Source: Psychrobacter cryohalolentis K5
Lineage (GTDB): Bacteria > Pseudomonadota > Gammaproteobacteria > Pseudomonadales > Moraxellaceae
NCBI RefSeq assembly: GCF_000013905.1
Contig: NC_007969.1
Span: forward strand, 1,860,001 to 1,892,000
Reading direction: 5' to 3'
DNA length: 32,000 nucleotides
The position numbers and the translations under genes were made by a program. Position 1 is the first letter of the stretch. Each line of letters starts with the position of its first letter. The notes under the pieces are model-generated. The model was not told the DNA's origin. It worked only from the letters and a program-made list of their open reading frames with translations, and ran no database searches. Positions 16,110 through 26,595 of the stretch are shown one piece after another.

Positions 16110-17543
16110 ATGATCGCTCCTATCAATAAATCACTTAATAGCCGTAGCCACTGGGCAAAACTATTTAGTGCCCAGCGTTTAGGCAGTCATAAAAAAGCTC
16201 CCGCTCAAGATACTGCGCGCTCTTCTTTTCATAAAGACTATGACCGATTGGTGTTTTCGCATTCCTTTCGTCAACTCAATCAAAAGACCCAAGTCCATCC
16301 ATTGACCAATCAATTGGGCATTCATACCCGACTTACACATTCACTAGAGGTTTCTTGCATTGGGCGCTCTTTAGGCATCATGGCAGCCGAGAAGCTACAT
16401 GACAAACTAGAAGGTGGTTTACCTGATGGTGTCACGCCCGCTGATGTGGGTGTGATTGTACAAGCAGCCTGCCTCGCCCATGATATCGGCAATCCACCCT
16501 TTGGGCATGCGGGAGAGTACGCCATTCGTGATTGGTTTATGCATTCTGAACGTCAAACCATTCTGCAAAATATGAGCAGCAATGAGCAATTAGACTTGCT
16601 GGCTTATGAGGGTAATGCGCAAGGATTTCGTATACTCATCCGTAATGAGCATCACCCTGATGCAGGTGGTATGCGCTTGACTTGTGCCACGCTAGGCGCG
16701 TTTATGAAATATCCTTGGCTTGTGACGCATAGTAATAATGACACTCAAAGCAGTCATCAAAGTACTCCGCACAGCAGGATATCAGCTAAGGCACAGAAAT
16801 TTGGCTGCTTTTATAGTGAAGCCGTACAGTTAGAAGAGTTAGCAGCCTGCTTGAATCTACCTCGCTCAGAGCAGCATGACGGTTATGCTCGCCATCCCCT
16901 CGCCTATTTGTTGGAAGCTGCTGACGATATTTGTTATGCGCTGATAGACTTAGAAGATGGTATCAATCTAAATATGCTTACCTACAATGAGGTGGCTGCT
17001 ATCTTCTATGAGCTGATTGGCGAGCGTCCTAGCACTATCAGCCTGCCTACACATATGTCCGTCAGGCAGCATCTGGCATCACTACGTGCACGGGCAATGA
17101 TGCGATTGGTCAATACCGTCACCGATGCATTTGTTGATAATAGTGATGCGATGCTAGCGGGTACACTGCAAGGCAGTCTATTTACCCATTGTGATGCGAC
17201 CGTTCAGCATGGTATTACCCAAGCCAAAGAGTTAGCACGTGAAAAAATTTTTAACCACCCAAGTAAAGTGCGCATGGAGCTAATGGCCAATCAATGTCTG
17301 CATCGCCTGTTAGATGCTTTTATGCCGTTAGCTTGGACAAATCAGACAAGCACACCGATGTCCTTTGAACAACAGCGTTTGCTCATGTTGCTAAAGCCAC
17401 ATCTTGATGAGCATCACCGTGTTTTAACAGATAATATTTATCAAAATATGCTCAATGTCTTAGACTTTATAACCGGCATGAATGACCATGAAGCTTATCG
17501 ATTGGCTCAAGAGCTACAAGGACATTGGGGGACTGTCGTTTAA
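16110..17543 (+). CDS. dgt: deoxyguanosinetriphosphate triphosphohydrolase-like protein (HD domain)
   Basis: 477-aa ORF with HD-domain motifs RLTHSLEVSCIGRSLG and CLAHDIGNPPFGHAGE, and the N-terminal FHKDYDRLVFS typical of the Dgt family. AAGGA lies 9 nt upstream. Confidence 0.85.
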   Translation: MIAPINKSLNSRSHWAKLFSAQRLGSHKKAPAQDTARSSFHKDYDRLVFSHSFRQLNQKTQVHPLTNQLGIHTRLTHSLEVSCIGRSLGIMAAEKLHDKLEGGLPDGVTPADVGVIVQAACLAHDIGNPPFGHAGEYAIRDWFMHSERQTILQNMSSNEQLDLLAYEGNAQGFRILIRNEHHPDAGGMRLTCATLGAFMKYPWLVTHSNNDTQSSHQSTPHSRISAKAQKFGCFYSEAVQLEELAACLNLPRSEQHDGYARHPLAYLLEAADDICYALIDLEDGINLNMLTYNEVAAIFYELIGERPSTISLPTHMSVRQHLASLRARAMMRLVNTVTDAFVDNSDAMLAGTLQGSLFTHCDATVQHGITQAKELAREKIFNHPSKVRMELMANQCLHRLLDAFMPLAWTNQTSTPMSFEQQRLLMLLKPHLDEHHRVLTDNIYQNMLNVLDFITGMNDHEAYRLAQELQGHWGTVV

Positions 17544-17625
17544 AAGCGACATTTAAGTGTATTTCATTCGTATTTTTGCAATGAAATGAGTATGATAGAC
17601 ATCTATCAGTTAATTTTGAAATATT

Positions 17626-18306
17626 ATGAGCAGTCGCGAACAAAAAAAACTTCAAACTCGGCACGCTTTTTTTAATGCAGTGCTCGATTTATGTATGACA
17701 GGACAATCTTTTAGCTCTATTAGCCTCAGACAAGTCACGCGCGAGGTTGGTGTCGTGCCGACCGCATTTTATCGCCATTTTGATGATATGGAATCGCTCG
17801 GTCGCGCTTTGGTGATTGAAGAGCTAGGTGGTACATTAGCCACTTTGAGTGAGAGTTTGCATATTGGACGTAAACGCAGCTTTGAGCGTCAAATTGCCAA
17901 AAGTATCCAGCTATTCTTGCATATGGTCAGTGAGCAACCCTACTATTGGCAGTTTTTGGTCAGTGAGCGCTATGGTGGCTCAGACGCCGTCCGTAAAGCC
18001 ATCAATGAGCTTATCAAACAGCATGGGGGAAGCTTGGCAGACGATTTGGCGTTACAGCCTGCTTTTACCCACATTAATACTTATGATCGTAGACTGCTGG
18101 CTGAGGCTGGGGTCAATATGTTCTTCTCTTGGATTATTGATTGGCTAGAGCTGACTTATACTGAAGATCATGATGATGAAGTCGACTTGGCTGAAATTGA
18201 ACAACGAAAGCAGCTGATGCTACATAATTGTACGCGCCAAGCACAGATGTTGTTTTATGGCGCTTATAATTGGAAATCTACTGAAGAAACTCATTTAAGT
18301 GATTAA
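17626..18306 (+). CDS. fabR: TetR-family repressor, FabR-like (unsaturated fatty-acid biosynthesis regulator)
   Basis: 226-aa ORF. SFSSISLRQVTREVGVVPTAFYRHFDDMESLG aligns closely with the E. coli FabR segment [32 protein letters not shown] as I recall it. Collinearity continues over most of the length. Confidence 0.65.
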   Translation: MSSREQKKLQTRHAFFNAVLDLCMTGQSFSSISLRQVTREVGVVPTAFYRHFDDMESLGRALVIEELGGTLATLSESLHIGRKRSFERQIAKSIQLFLHMVSEQPYYWQFLVSERYGGSDAVRKAINELIKQHGGSLADDLALQPAFTHINTYDRRLLAEAGVNMFFSWIIDWLELTYTEDHDDEVDLAEIEQRKQLMLHNCTRQAQMLFYGAYNWKSTEETHLSD

Positions 18307-18325
18307 TAAGACATATATTTGGTTG

Positions 18326-18362
18326 TTTTTGATGATTATCGTTTAGTGATAATCATCAAAAA
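18326..18362. terminator. bidirectional terminator shared by convergent fabR and gspK
   Basis: TTTTTGATGATTATC [GTTTAGT] GATAATCATCAAAAA forms a 15-bp perfect stem whose ends are T5 and A5 runs. The gspK stop codon (plus tca at 18356-18358) lies inside the right arm. Confidence 0.7.
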
Positions 18363-19429
18363 TTCGGTCGAAATGCCCAAAGTCGTTGCGTCAACACGCG
18401 AACCTCTTTGGGCTTTTTGTTATCAGCGTTTTTATTATTGCTATTAGCATTATCGACGTTATTGCTATTTTCCGTAACATCAGTAGCAGTCTTGCTAATC
18501 ATGATGGTTGCATAGCGTTGTCTTGCTTGACCAACAGTTGCATTATCCGTAGCAGTGATAAGTGCCGTAAAAGCTTGGCTATCAACCGCCAAGAGTGGCG
18601 CTATTACTTTTCGTTGCTTATTATCCAAACTGCTTAATATTGGCAGCTGCCATATCTCATCAATAGATTCGAATACTTGCTTTTCCCGCAGGTCAACGAT
18701 GGTTTGCATTTTCTGGCTAGTTGCGCCGTCGATTAGAGCAGCAAGTATCACCGGACTGGCTGTATTCATATTAATAGGTAAATAATGTGGCACTACTGTG
18801 ATGTAAGGTCGTAGCACTGCCAATACTTCCGCATTGATGCCTTTTACATTTTGCAGCTGATCAATATTGACCAATCGTTGATTGGGCAAATCGTTATCCG
18901 CTGAGCTATTAGACTGCTGGTTATAAACCGTACTTTCATCGCCGCCATCTTGATAAACCTCACTGTCTGCATCTTGATAATCAAGAACAGCAATAGCAAT
19001 ATCTGGCGCCAAATTCAATTGGATTAATAGCCGTTGCAATACTGCCAAAGCATTACTATCAACTGCGCCGTTTTGATATAAATTATTGATATTAAAGCGA
19101 CTGGCTTCATCACGTATTTCAATGCCAATACTATGTGTGCCCAAGGTATAAGGGGGTACAGGCTTTGCCCAGATATCTTGCGTACTATCAGTGTCATTTA
19201 GATTAGCATCGGCACGAATCATCGTAACCGCTAGTTGCTGACCGGCATCGATATCTTGTAAGAGCTGGTTTTGATCAAACAACAAACCACTGCGTCTAAT
19301 CGCAATTTTTTGGCTGGCAAGTATCGCCCCTGCAACCACCGTAATACTAACCACTAGTAATAAAATGGTAAGTAGCGCGACACCACGCTGAGAGTCGACT
19401 TTCATGGGCATAACTGGCATGCTTGGCAT
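18356..19429 (-). CDS. gspK: type II secretion minor pseudopilin GspK
   Basis: 357-aa ORF. The N-terminus QRGVALLTILLLVVSITVVAG has a pseudopilin-like hydrophobic segment without the conserved Glu5, a GspK hallmark. It is large and directly follows gspJ. The exact start among several N-terminal Met codons is uncertain. Confidence 0.8.
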   Translation of the reverse strand: MPSMPVMPMKVDSQRGVALLTILLLVVSITVVAGAILASQKIAIRRSGLLFDQNQLLQDIDAGQQLAVTMIRADANLNDTDSTQDIWAKPVPPYTLGTHSIGIEIRDEASRFNINNLYQNGAVDSNALAVLQRLLIQLNLAPDIAIAVLDYQDADSEVYQDGGDESTVYNQQSNSSADNDLPNQRLVNIDQLQNVKGINAEVLAVLRPYITVVPHYLPINMNTASPVILAALIDGATSQKMQTIVDLREKQVFESIDEIWQLPILSSLDNKQRKVIAPLLAVDSQAFTALITATDNATVGQARQRYATIMISKTATDVTENSNNVDNANSNNKNADNKKPKEVRVLTQRLWAFRPNF

Positions 19430-19432
19430 ATA

Positions 19433-20304
<872 letters not shown>

Positions 20305-20308
<4 letters not shown>

Positions 20309-20784
20309 AGACTACCTCCATTTGGGTTTGAGCCAGTCAAGTCCAAACTACCTATATCTTGCTTTGAGTTGCTCAGTATCACATTGATATCATTGACTGC
20401 GGTACGCGTCTGACCATCTATGATAGGCGCAACGGCGATATTCACTTTTTTTAATGCTGGCGTTATATCCTGACTCACAGTCATCGTAATTTGCCAGTCG
20501 CGACCTTGGGCATTGATTGTTTGGGTACTATTAGCAGTTAGCCAGGTGTCTTGAATACGTAAGTCAGCAGCAGCATTTTGGGCAACAAAATGTGCAAGCG
20601 TACGTGTCCGTAATACATCGACCGAGCTTAAATAAGCACTACTGGCACGGCTCGCAGCCACTGCCACAACCGCTAAAATCGCTAGAGCAACCATCACCTC
20701 AATCAAGGTAAATCCGCTCTCATGCTTTGGTAGTTTTGGCTTTCGGTTTACATGGTTAGGTTTGGCTCTGTCATTATTTATCAT
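20305..20784 (-). CDS. gspI: type II secretion minor pseudopilin GspI
   Basis: 159-aa ORF with prepilin motif ESG|FTLIEVMVALAIL. The leader before the Gly is unusually long at 24 residues. It lies between gspH and gspJ. Confidence 0.8.
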
Positions 20785-20787
20785 CGG

Positions 20788-21471
20788 TTATTGCCCTTGA
20801 CCTATCGACACACTGCCATCGGGCATAATCGTAATGACCTCACCTACCAGACGCGAATTATGGCGTACTTCAATAGTCACCGGTGCTGCTTGCCCTGTAC
20901 CAAACCATAATACTTGCGGCACTGTTTGATCTGTAAACCAAGGTTGCAGTGCTTGGATTTGTCCTCTATTTGACATATTACCAGCATCTAGGCTTTGTAT
21001 GGCTAAGCTCACCCCAGCAGGCAGCTCAGGTAAAGTGACTTCGGACTCAAGCCCCCAGCTTGGTGTTGGTAGCTTGTCTTTAATCCCACTAGACATATTG
21101 GATAAATCAGCAGATAGCTCCATTGAATTCTTAGGCGTACTGTCTCCACTAGAAGACGCCGAGGTATCAGTTTGATAAGCCACATAAGGATTAGATAGAG
21201 TGACAATCACAGGGGTAATTTGACCTTGCTTATTGGCTTGCAGACTCAAACCCATCGGCTGCATACGTTCAGCCGATAACAGCCTAACATAACTCAATGA
21301 ATCCGTCAGATGCTCATAAAAAGCACGATTTTTACGCGATTCACTACTACCTACTGATAAGCTCATCATGCCAGCGAATATAGACAAAATAACCACGACG
21401 ACGACGATTTCAACCAGTGTAAAGCCAGCTTGGGTATGATGATGTGTCATTGATGATGAGAGTTTTGACAT
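20788..21471 (-). CDS. gspH: type II secretion minor pseudopilin GspH
   Basis: 227-aa ORF with prepilin motif QAG|FTLVEIVVVVVIL. It is the first gene of the H-I-J-K string and its stop is 3 nt before the gspI start. The start codon is uncertain (21471 or 21450). Confidence 0.75.
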   Translation of the reverse strand: MSKLSSSMTHHHTQAGFTLVEIVVVVVILSIFAGMMSLSVGSSESRKNRAFYEHLTDSLSYVRLLSAERMQPMGLSLQANKQGQITPVIVTLSNPYVAYQTDTSASSSGDSTPKNSMELSADLSNMSSGIKDKLPTPSWGLESEVTLPELPAGVSLAIQSLDAGNMSNRGQIQALQPWFTDQTVPQVLWFGTGQAAPVTIEVRHNSRLVGEVITIMPDGSVSIGQGQ

Positions 21472-21647
21472 ACAAAAGTCATCTTGAATGGCGTCATTCC
21501 ATTAAAAATGACGTTATATTGGGTGAGATATAAAACGGGAGAGAGGATTGATTGTATCAAGTAAAGGTTAATGTGCTGCTATATAGCATATAACAACACA
21601 GATTTTTATAAAATAACGACTCATGGTTTTTAAGTTACAGTAAAAAC

Positions 21648-22331
21648 CTAATAATTGGTATTGCGATGCTCTTCTGACTCAGTATCAATCTGTTCGACCA
21701 ATTCCTGCATATCCTCATCCATCACTTCATCCTCAGCCGCCGGGTAATGGCTTGGCAGCTCTAGCATTTGTTGGACAAAGGCATAACGCAGAGTATCGCG
21801 GCGTCCCAAATAACGCTGATAAAAACTTGAGTTCAACAGCCCTGCACCGCCCTGACCCATCGCCCAGATAGATGATAGGTAATCACGCGTGCTTAAGCTA
21901 CTGTGCTCATCCTTCAGATAAGCACTGATAATATCAATCAAGCGCTTCATGCGCTGACGGCGAATATCATACAGCTCACCAAATAAGCGATTAAGACCCG
22001 TCACTGATGCCGCCAAACGCTCTTCGATTTGATTGAGTAGCATGGCTTTTTGTGGATTAAATAATTGCTGGAAAATCATACGAGCGACGCCTGCTGATGG
22101 GCAATCGTCAATACGATTAATCTCAAACAGCTGCTCTTCATAACGAATGATAATACGCAGATAGAGCTCATCTTTACTAGAGAAATGCTTATACAATGTG
22201 CCTTTAGCCAAATCAAGCTGGTCTGCCAAGCTGTCTAAAGTGATGTCGCCATCGCCTGACTCAAGTAGCAATTGCTCTGCCATTGCTAAGATATTCTCTT
22301 CTCGTACCTTGAATTGATGCTGACGACTCAT
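21648..22331 (-). CDS. TetR-family transcriptional regulator
   Basis: 227-aa ORF with the TetR HTH LDSLADQLDLAKGTLYKHFSSKDELY. AGGAG lies 5 nt upstream of the ATG. The C-terminal tail is acidic. Confidence 0.85.
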   Translation of the reverse strand: MSRQHQFKVREENILAMAEQLLLESGDGDITLDSLADQLDLAKGTLYKHFSSKDELYLRIIIRYEEQLFEINRIDDCPSAGVARMIFQQLFNPQKAMLLNQIEERLAASVTGLNRLFGELYDIRRQRMKRLIDIISAYLKDEHSSLSTRDYLSSIWAMGQGGAGLLNSSFYQRYLGRRDTLRYAFVQQMLELPSHYPAAEDEVMDEDMQELVEQIDTESEEHRNTNY

Positions 22332-22564
22332 AACTTCTCCTAAAACTTGACAATATCATGCATATGACCACAGTTCGTATTGGCATATCGGCATTCGGAG
22401 TATCAAATACTTCAAAGACTGCTTGACGAACACAATAAAGAAATATGCGTATGTTTGCTAAATAATCATTTATAATCATGTACTTATATTTAACGCTGCA
22501 AGACGGCATGCATAAAACAGCTGCCACTTGCAAGAAATGACTGAGTGGTCATAGCATAACCATT

Positions 22565-23374
22565 TTAATGATACTGTGCTAGTAAATTCTCAAAGTTTTT
22601 TGCAGTCAGTGTACCGACCTCTTCGCTACTGCAGCCATACATCTCTGCAATACAACTGGCAACATAAGGCACGTAAGCTGGTTCATTCGGGCGACCACGT
22701 TTGGGGACAGGCGCTAGATAAGGGCTATCCGTTTCGATCAATATCCTGTCTCTTGGCATATTTTTTGCCGCATCTTTGATATTTTGCGCGCTTTTAAAGC
22801 TGACAATGCCTGAAAATGAGATGTAAAACCCTAAGTCTAAGGCATGTTTTGCGGTTTCCCAATCTTCGGTGAAACAATGAATAATGCCATGCTCAGCACC
22901 TTCTGCTTTTAAAATATCAATCGTATCTTCTTTAGCATCACGCATATGGATGACAAGCGGTTTTTTTAGACTTTGGCTGGCATGAATATGACGGGCAAGG
23001 CTGGCTTGTTGCGCTTTTTTATTTTCTTTCGACCAGTAATAATCAAGTCCCGTCTCCCCTATTGCCCACACATGGTCAGCGCTAGCCGTTTCTATCAAAC
23101 GTTCAACGGTTGCAGATTGTAAAACGCTGATATCTTCACAAGGGTGAATACCAACGCTCATGCCAAGATTGAGCGTTTCATCGCCGTAGGTGCTGACGAT
23201 ATTGGCAATCTCATCATATTCAGCAAAATCACACATAATTGCCATCGCGCGAGTGACATTGGCTTCTTTCATCGCGGCAATTGCGCCAGACAATTGACCA
23301 TCGTATTTGGTCAAATCTAAACGGTTAAGATGGCAGTGGCTATCGGTAAACATAAACAATCTCGTTATAGTCAT
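22565..23374 (-). CDS. tatD: TatD-family metal-dependent hydrolase/DNase (YcfH-like)
   Basis: TatD motifs FTDSHCHL, GETGLDYY, VIHMRDA, GIIHCF and LIETDSPYL. The true start may be the ATG at 23353 (MFTDSHCHL), which gives the canonical N-terminus. Confidence 0.85.
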   Translation of the reverse strand: MTITRLFMFTDSHCHLNRLDLTKYDGQLSGAIAAMKEANVTRAMAIMCDFAEYDEIANIVSTYGDETLNLGMSVGIHPCEDISVLQSATVERLIETASADHVWAIGETGLDYYWSKENKKAQQASLARHIHASQSLKKPLVIHMRDAKEDTIDILKAEGAEHGIIHCFTEDWETAKHALDLGFYISFSGIVSFKSAQNIKDAAKNMPRDRILIETDSPYLAPVPKRGRPNEPAYVPYVASCIAEMYGCSSEEVGTLTAKNFENLLAQYH

Positions 23375-23502
23375 TTTTAAAAATTATTAGGATAAAAATT
23401 CAATTTGTATCGTATTTATTGTTTTGAAGCGGGCACTTTTCAAGCACTGCTTAACAAACTTACTTTTAATGCAATGGCATCTTTTAATATAGCGGCTCTC
23501 TA

Positions 23503-25290
23503 CTAATGCAAAGGTACCACGCGCATCACCTCTTCCATGGTCGTTACCCCTTCACTAATACGCTTCGCACCTGATAGGCGTAATGGCTGTACGCCTTCAC
23601 GGTATGCTTGCTGCTTTAATACATCCAGATTGGCATCAGCAGCGACCAGTTTTTTCAACTCATTTGATAATGGCATAATCTCATAAAGACCAATACGACC
23701 TTGATAACCAGTATGGCGGCAATGCTCGCAACCCTGTGCCTTATAAATCTGCGCTGGCACGGACGCGCGCCACGGCTGTACTAATTCTTGCCATTGAATG
23801 GCAATCTCGCTATCTGCCGTAACATCCACGGCTTGCTTACAATGTGGACATAATGTCCGTAATAAACGTTGTGCCATGATGCCCAATATCGTTGCTGACG
23901 TCAAAAAAGGCTGAATACCCAAATCGTGCAGTCGAGTAATTGAACTTGGCGCATCATTGGTATGCAAGGTTGAGAGCACCAAATGCCCTGTTAAAGATGC
24001 TTGTACCGCCATGTTTGCCGTTTCAGCATCACGAATCTCACCAACCATAATAATATCAGGGTCTTGACGCATCAAAGAGCGAATACCATCAGCGAAATGT
24101 AAATCAACTCCTGGATTAACCTGCATTTGATTAAATGCTGACTCAATCATCTCAATCGGATCTTCAATGGTACAGACGTTTACTTGTTCAGTGGCGAGCT
24201 GCTTCAGCGTACTATATAAGGTAGTCGTTTTACCCGAACCTGTTGGACCTGTCACTAGAATAATACCGTTTGGATGCGCTGTCAGCTCGTGCCAAGTCTC
24301 CAGCTGCTTACCTGACAAACCAAGCTGAGCAAAGGAGCGTACTAGTACCTCAGGGTCAAATACCCGCATAACCAACTTTTCACCAAAGGCAGTCGGCATC
24401 GTGGATAAACGCAGCTCCGTCTCTAAGCCTTTTGGTGTACGTGTTTTTAGTCGCCCGTCTTGTGGTTTGCGTTTTTCTGCAACATTGAGCCGTCCCAAGA
24501 TTTTAATACGTGCCGTTACCGCCACTATAATAGCGAGTGGCATCTCATAAACACTATGCAGCACCCCATCAATGCGAAAACGCACCTTGCCCGTCTCACG
24601 ACGTGGCTCTAAATGGATATCACTGGCGCGCTGCTCAAAGGCATATTGCAACAACCAATCGACGACTTTGACAATATGTTGGTCATTGGCATCGGGGTTG
24701 GTATTGTCCCCTAGCTGTAATAGTGCTTCAACATTAGTGATATCAGATGCGGCACGTTTATGTAGTGAGTTCGCCCCTGCAATCGCTTGCGTGACTTGGT
24801 AAAATTCTTGCCGATAGCGATTGATTTGTTCAGGATTAATAAAGACTGTACGATAGCTTTTTGACTTAATGAGCTTTTCAATATTGCCATGCCAATCGGT
24901 ATAAAATGGCTGATCGGTACCGATAACCACCTCATCAAGCGTTACTTCAATCGGCAAAATATGCTGCGAGCGTGCATACTCAAACGACATGAGCTGCGTC
25001 ACTGCTGGTACATCGACTTTTAACGGGTCAATACGGACCAGCGACATATCTGCTTTGGCAGCCAACCATTGATTGAGCCATGCCAAAGTTAATTTATTTT
25101 CAGTATTATTATCAAGTGCATGACTATTAGGCAGACCAAACTCACTTATAGTCAATAGCGGATGCTGACCCTTACTGCGGCGGCTGGTAATGACGAGATT
25201 ATAACCCCGTTGGTCTATCACTCGATCTGCCAGCAACTCATCAAGGCACCAACGCAAATCAATTACTATCGAATACTGTTGAGCAGGCAT
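23503..25290 (-). CDS. GspE/PilB-family secretion/pilus-assembly ATPase (orphan)
   Basis: 595-aa ORF with Walker A VTGPTGSGKTTTLYS, Walker B/Asp box RQDPDIIMVGEIRD, His box TGHLVLSTLHTNDA and the tetracysteine Zn motif CPHC...CEHC. A T2SSE_N-like segment (residues ~85-170) follows a divergent N-terminal ~80 residues. Confidence 0.85.
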   Translation of the reverse strand: MPAQQYSIVIDLRWCLDELLADRVIDQRGYNLVITSRRSKGQHPLLTISEFGLPNSHALDNNTENKLTLAWLNQWLAAKADMSLVRIDPLKVDVPAVTQLMSFEYARSQHILPIEVTLDEVVIGTDQPFYTDWHGNIEKLIKSKSYRTVFINPEQINRYRQEFYQVTQAIAGANSLHKRAASDITNVEALLQLGDNTNPDANDQHIVKVVDWLLQYAFEQRASDIHLEPRRETGKVRFRIDGVLHSVYEMPLAIIVAVTARIKILGRLNVAEKRKPQDGRLKTRTPKGLETELRLSTMPTAFGEKLVMRVFDPEVLVRSFAQLGLSGKQLETWHELTAHPNGIILVTGPTGSGKTTTLYSTLKQLATEQVNVCTIEDPIEMIESAFNQMQVNPGVDLHFADGIRSLMRQDPDIIMVGEIRDAETANMAVQASLTGHLVLSTLHTNDAPSSITRLHDLGIQPFLTSATILGIMAQRLLRTLCPHCKQAVDVTADSEIAIQWQELVQPWRASVPAQIYKAQGCEHCRHTGYQGRIGLYEIMPLSNELKKLVAADANLDVLKQQAYREGVQPLRLSGAKRISEGVTTMEEVMRVVPLH

Positions 25291-25353
25291 ATTTTTTCTT
25301 CTTTTATGGTTTAAAGCATTTGCGCAATGTTGATATTCATCTTACCTATTAGA

Positions 25354-26196
25354 CTATATTGTGTCGATATCCGTTATCTGTAATTCACCTGAACCTATCA
25401 ATTGAAAACTCACATCAACAGATTTATAGCGCATGATAAATGAAGTATTAACCTCTTTCTGGCGATAAGCAGGGCGTGGGTCTTGTGCTATCAACGCTTT
25501 AATATTATCAAGATCAGGCATAAGCAATTGTTTTTGCATTTTATGAATGACCGATTTTACCGTTGCTTTTTCATTGTGAGCTATTTTTTCTGCTTCATTG
25601 TGAATATGTTGATTGTCTATAATTTGCACAAACTGCTCATAGGCAACTTTAGTGACAGTCACCTCCAACAAATGCGGCGCAGAGGGCGCAAAACCGCTTT
25701 GTGCATCAGGTAACGCATCACTATAAGCCACATAAGGCTTGATATCGATAATTGGTGTACCATCTATCATATCAGCACCGCTAATGATAAGTAGCACCCG
25801 TCCTTCTACAATCTCAATAGCTTCAAGCTTAACCACAGACAATCCAAGCGCTGAGGGTCGATACATACTGCGACTGGCAAACACACCTATCTTTTGATTG
25901 CCGCCCAAACGCGGCGGTCGCACTTGCGCACGAAAGCTGCTATCCGCTTTATTAGCCTGTTTATCTTTATACAAATAGTTGTGATGAAACTGCCAACTTA
26001 CCCATATATAGCTAAAATCCTCCAGCCCGATAAATGCCGCTGGCGTATCATAAGGCGCAATCATCTCAATCACGCTGGTCAATGCAACCAGATTTGGCTG
26101 TCTTGGCGCGCCAAACTTCTGTGAAAGCGGCGCACGATGGTAGCCGATAATTGGTGCTATATGATTACTCAATGAAGAAGCAGTCTGACAAGACAT
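25354..26196 (-). CDS. trmO: tRNA (m6t6A37) methyltransferase TrmO (YaeB/TsaA family)
   Basis: 280-aa ORF. PRQPNLV, VRPPRLGGNQKIGVFASRSMYRPSALGLSVVKL, DGTPIIDIKPY and AQDPRPAYR are collinear with E. coli YaeB as I recall it. Confidence 0.8.
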   Translation of the reverse strand: MSCQTASSLSNHIAPIIGYHRAPLSQKFGAPRQPNLVALTSVIEMIAPYDTPAAFIGLEDFSYIWVSWQFHHNYLYKDKQANKADSSFRAQVRPPRLGGNQKIGVFASRSMYRPSALGLSVVKLEAIEIVEGRVLLIISGADMIDGTPIIDIKPYVAYSDALPDAQSGFAPSAPHLLEVTVTKVAYEQFVQIIDNQHIHNEAEKIAHNEKATVKSVIHKMQKQLLMPDLDNIKALIAQDPRPAYRQKEVNTSFIMRYKSVDVSFQLIGSGELQITDIDTI

Positions 26197-26595
26197 AAAT
26201 CAAATCCAAAAAAACAGGGTTTTATAGTTCCACATAAGCGCTATACAAGCCATCTGTGACTAATTATAGATTATAACTCACTAACGATATTCCATTTTAT
26301 CATGCTATACCAAAGCCGCTTGACGGATTTTTATTTTAAAGTTTGTTATGATGAGCGAGAAATTTATTGAGAATGGCTTGCATTCATCATTAATGGCTTA
26401 AAAATCGCGGTCATGCGCGCCGCATCACCTTATAACGCCGAATAATAATGTTAAAATAACAGAGTGATGGCTTAATTAGCATTGATAGCATTCATCTTCT
26501 ATTAAAATTTTGCACCATTTTGACTTTATCATGAAAAATGGGTATTCAGCATTTATTTAGATTGATACAGATTACCACTTACTAACGAGGAATTT

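Noticed and set aside
16110-17543. dGTPase as a possible anti-phage nucleotide-depletion defence gene.
   Set aside because: Defensive dGTPases are typically found in defence islands. This copy sits between ychF and fabR in a housekeeping context, with no mobile or defence neighbours, and looks like the conserved Dgt-like paralogue. Only phylogeny could fully exclude a defence role.
22462-22479. Direct repeat ATAATCAT x2 (10-bp phase) between tatD and the TetR gene, considered as an operator.
   Set aside because: The repeat is short, AT-rich and about 130 bp from the TetR start. It is indistinguishable from chance in this composition without comparative data.
22261-22533. 90-aa minus-strand ORF spanning the TetR promoter region.
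   Set aside because: It overlaps the well-supported TetR start (AGGAG plus ATG at 22331) in another frame. Its sequence is Cys/Ile-rich with no motif.
26476-26495. Fur-box-like sequence (ATTGATAGCATTCATC) upstream of fpr.
   Set aside because: Only about 10 of 16 positions match the GATAATGATAATCATTATC consensus when aligned by hand. That is too weak to call.
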